In this document: piece by piece, positions 35,672 through 36,230 of the stretch | Layout of the letters: each line of letters starts with the position of its first letter | Position numbering within the stretch: the stretch's first letter is position 1 | Source of the DNA: a virus | Lineage: Duplodnaviria > Caudoviricetes | Virus record (IMG/VR): IMGVR_UViG_3300046103_003456 | Span: 1 to 36,230 of that record | Reading direction: 5' to 3' (one strand) | DNA length: 36,230 bases | Notes under the pieces: generated by a model | Databases searched by the model: none | What the model was told of the DNA's origin: nothing | Seen by the model: only the letters and a program-made list of their open reading frames with translations | Position numbers and translations under genes: made by a program

Positions 35672-35830
35672 TGCCAAAATGCCAAAAGTGGAACTGTCTT
35701 TCGATTATTTTTTAGGGACACCAACTGCGGAGGCTGGTGTCTCCGAAAAGTTAAAAAAAGCAAATTGTGCAATGATTTTACAAAATAAGCCTCGTTGCCA
35801 AAATGCCAAAAGTGGGTCATTTTTGGCAAC
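35667..35830. repeat. Putative integrase arm-type sites near the right att
   Basis: CTCGTTGCCAAAATGCCAAAAGTGG exactly repeated at 35667-35691 and 35791-35815; inverted TTTTGGCAAC at 35821-35830. Confidence 0.8.
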
Positions 35831-35900
35831 GGTCTGTCAACCTGCGTCAGCTATAGACCGCATGTATACTGGGAACCTCTTTTTCTAAGCACCCAGATAT

Positions 35901-35941
35901 CAGCTTGGAAGGCTGGGGTTTTACCGCTAAACTATGCCCGC
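35901..35941 (-). pseudogene. Right attachment site core; displaced 5' half of tRNA-Gly
   Basis: Identical to 59-99; covers tRNA 5' end, D arm and anticodon arm, with no T arm or CCA. Confidence 0.93.
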
Positions 35942-36120
35942 GTTTGAGAAACTACGACCTTTTAATGGGTTGACTGTGTGGGTCAAGGTGAATTGATTTC
36001 TCAACGAGTAGATTGAACGCTTCGACGGTGTGGGCAGTCGGATGATTTGCCTGCGTGGTCTTGGTATGAATCTTGGCGAATGCGGGTTCGCTAGAGTGGA
36101 AAACATACAATGGGGGTGGA

Positions 36121-36230
36121 ATGATGAGTAAGAAAACGATGTGGATATTGGTGGGAGCAGCCTTCGCCTTGAATTTGGTGGGTTTCCTATGGATTCGAAA
36201 TGAGATTGTCCTTCCTGCCGCTGGAATCGA
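36121..36230 (+). CDS. Host gene, partial (N-terminal membrane anchor/signal)
   Basis: MMSKKTMWILVGAAFALNLVGFLWIRNEIVLPAAGI..., open to the window end; TACAAT at 36106. Confidence 0.55.
   Translation, partial: MMSKKTMWILVGAAFALNLVGFLWIRNEIVLPAAGI

Larger units (their letters stand above)
59..35941. mobile_element. Integrated temperate prophage with podovirus-like morphogenesis genes, 35,842-bp unit length
   Basis: Flanking 41-bp tRNA-derived direct repeats; adjacent tyrosine integrase; replication, terminase, portal, capsid, nozzle, fibre and ejection-type genes; long ORFs appear intact, many with TAATG/ATGA coupling. Confidence 0.95.

Noticed and set aside
34509-35888. ORFs 34509-34802, 35614-35829 and 35679-35888
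   Set aside because: They run through non-coding repeats (the shared RVKLKPPY comes from the duplicated promoter module) or overlap the FGE gene; no protein-like features.

Overview
Almost the whole window is one apparently complete 35.8 kb temperate prophage. It lies between two identical 41-bp direct repeats (59-99 and 35901-35941) and is integrated in a minus-strand tRNA-Gly(TCC). Unusually, the duplicated part is the 5' half of the tRNA, so the intact tRNA now sits downstream of phage DNA. Layout, left to right: tyrosine integrase (+); a leftward early block (excisionase-like HTH, AAA_25/RepA-like helicase, primase-like protein, C5 DNA methyltransferase with a nested out-of-frame beta-subunit-like ORF, wHTH, PD-(D/E)XK nuclease, SSB-like, RuvC-like, HTH); a leftward packaging block (terS-like, terL, portal); and a divergent rightward podovirus-type block (scaffold, DUF5309-like capsid, adaptor, nozzle, S74-chaperone tail fibre, four internal/ejection proteins including a 1708-aa HExxH protein). 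Six accessory genes all encode envelope-targeted proteins. Three of them share near-identical promoter and/or signal-peptide DNA modules. One of those three is an FGE/CLec lipoprotein with a DGR-like variable end, yet no reverse transcriptase or template repeat is visible. No CI-type repressor and no endolysin were recognisable. A Verrucomicrobiota-like host is only an inference from protein style. All family calls come from reading motifs by eye; no searches were run.
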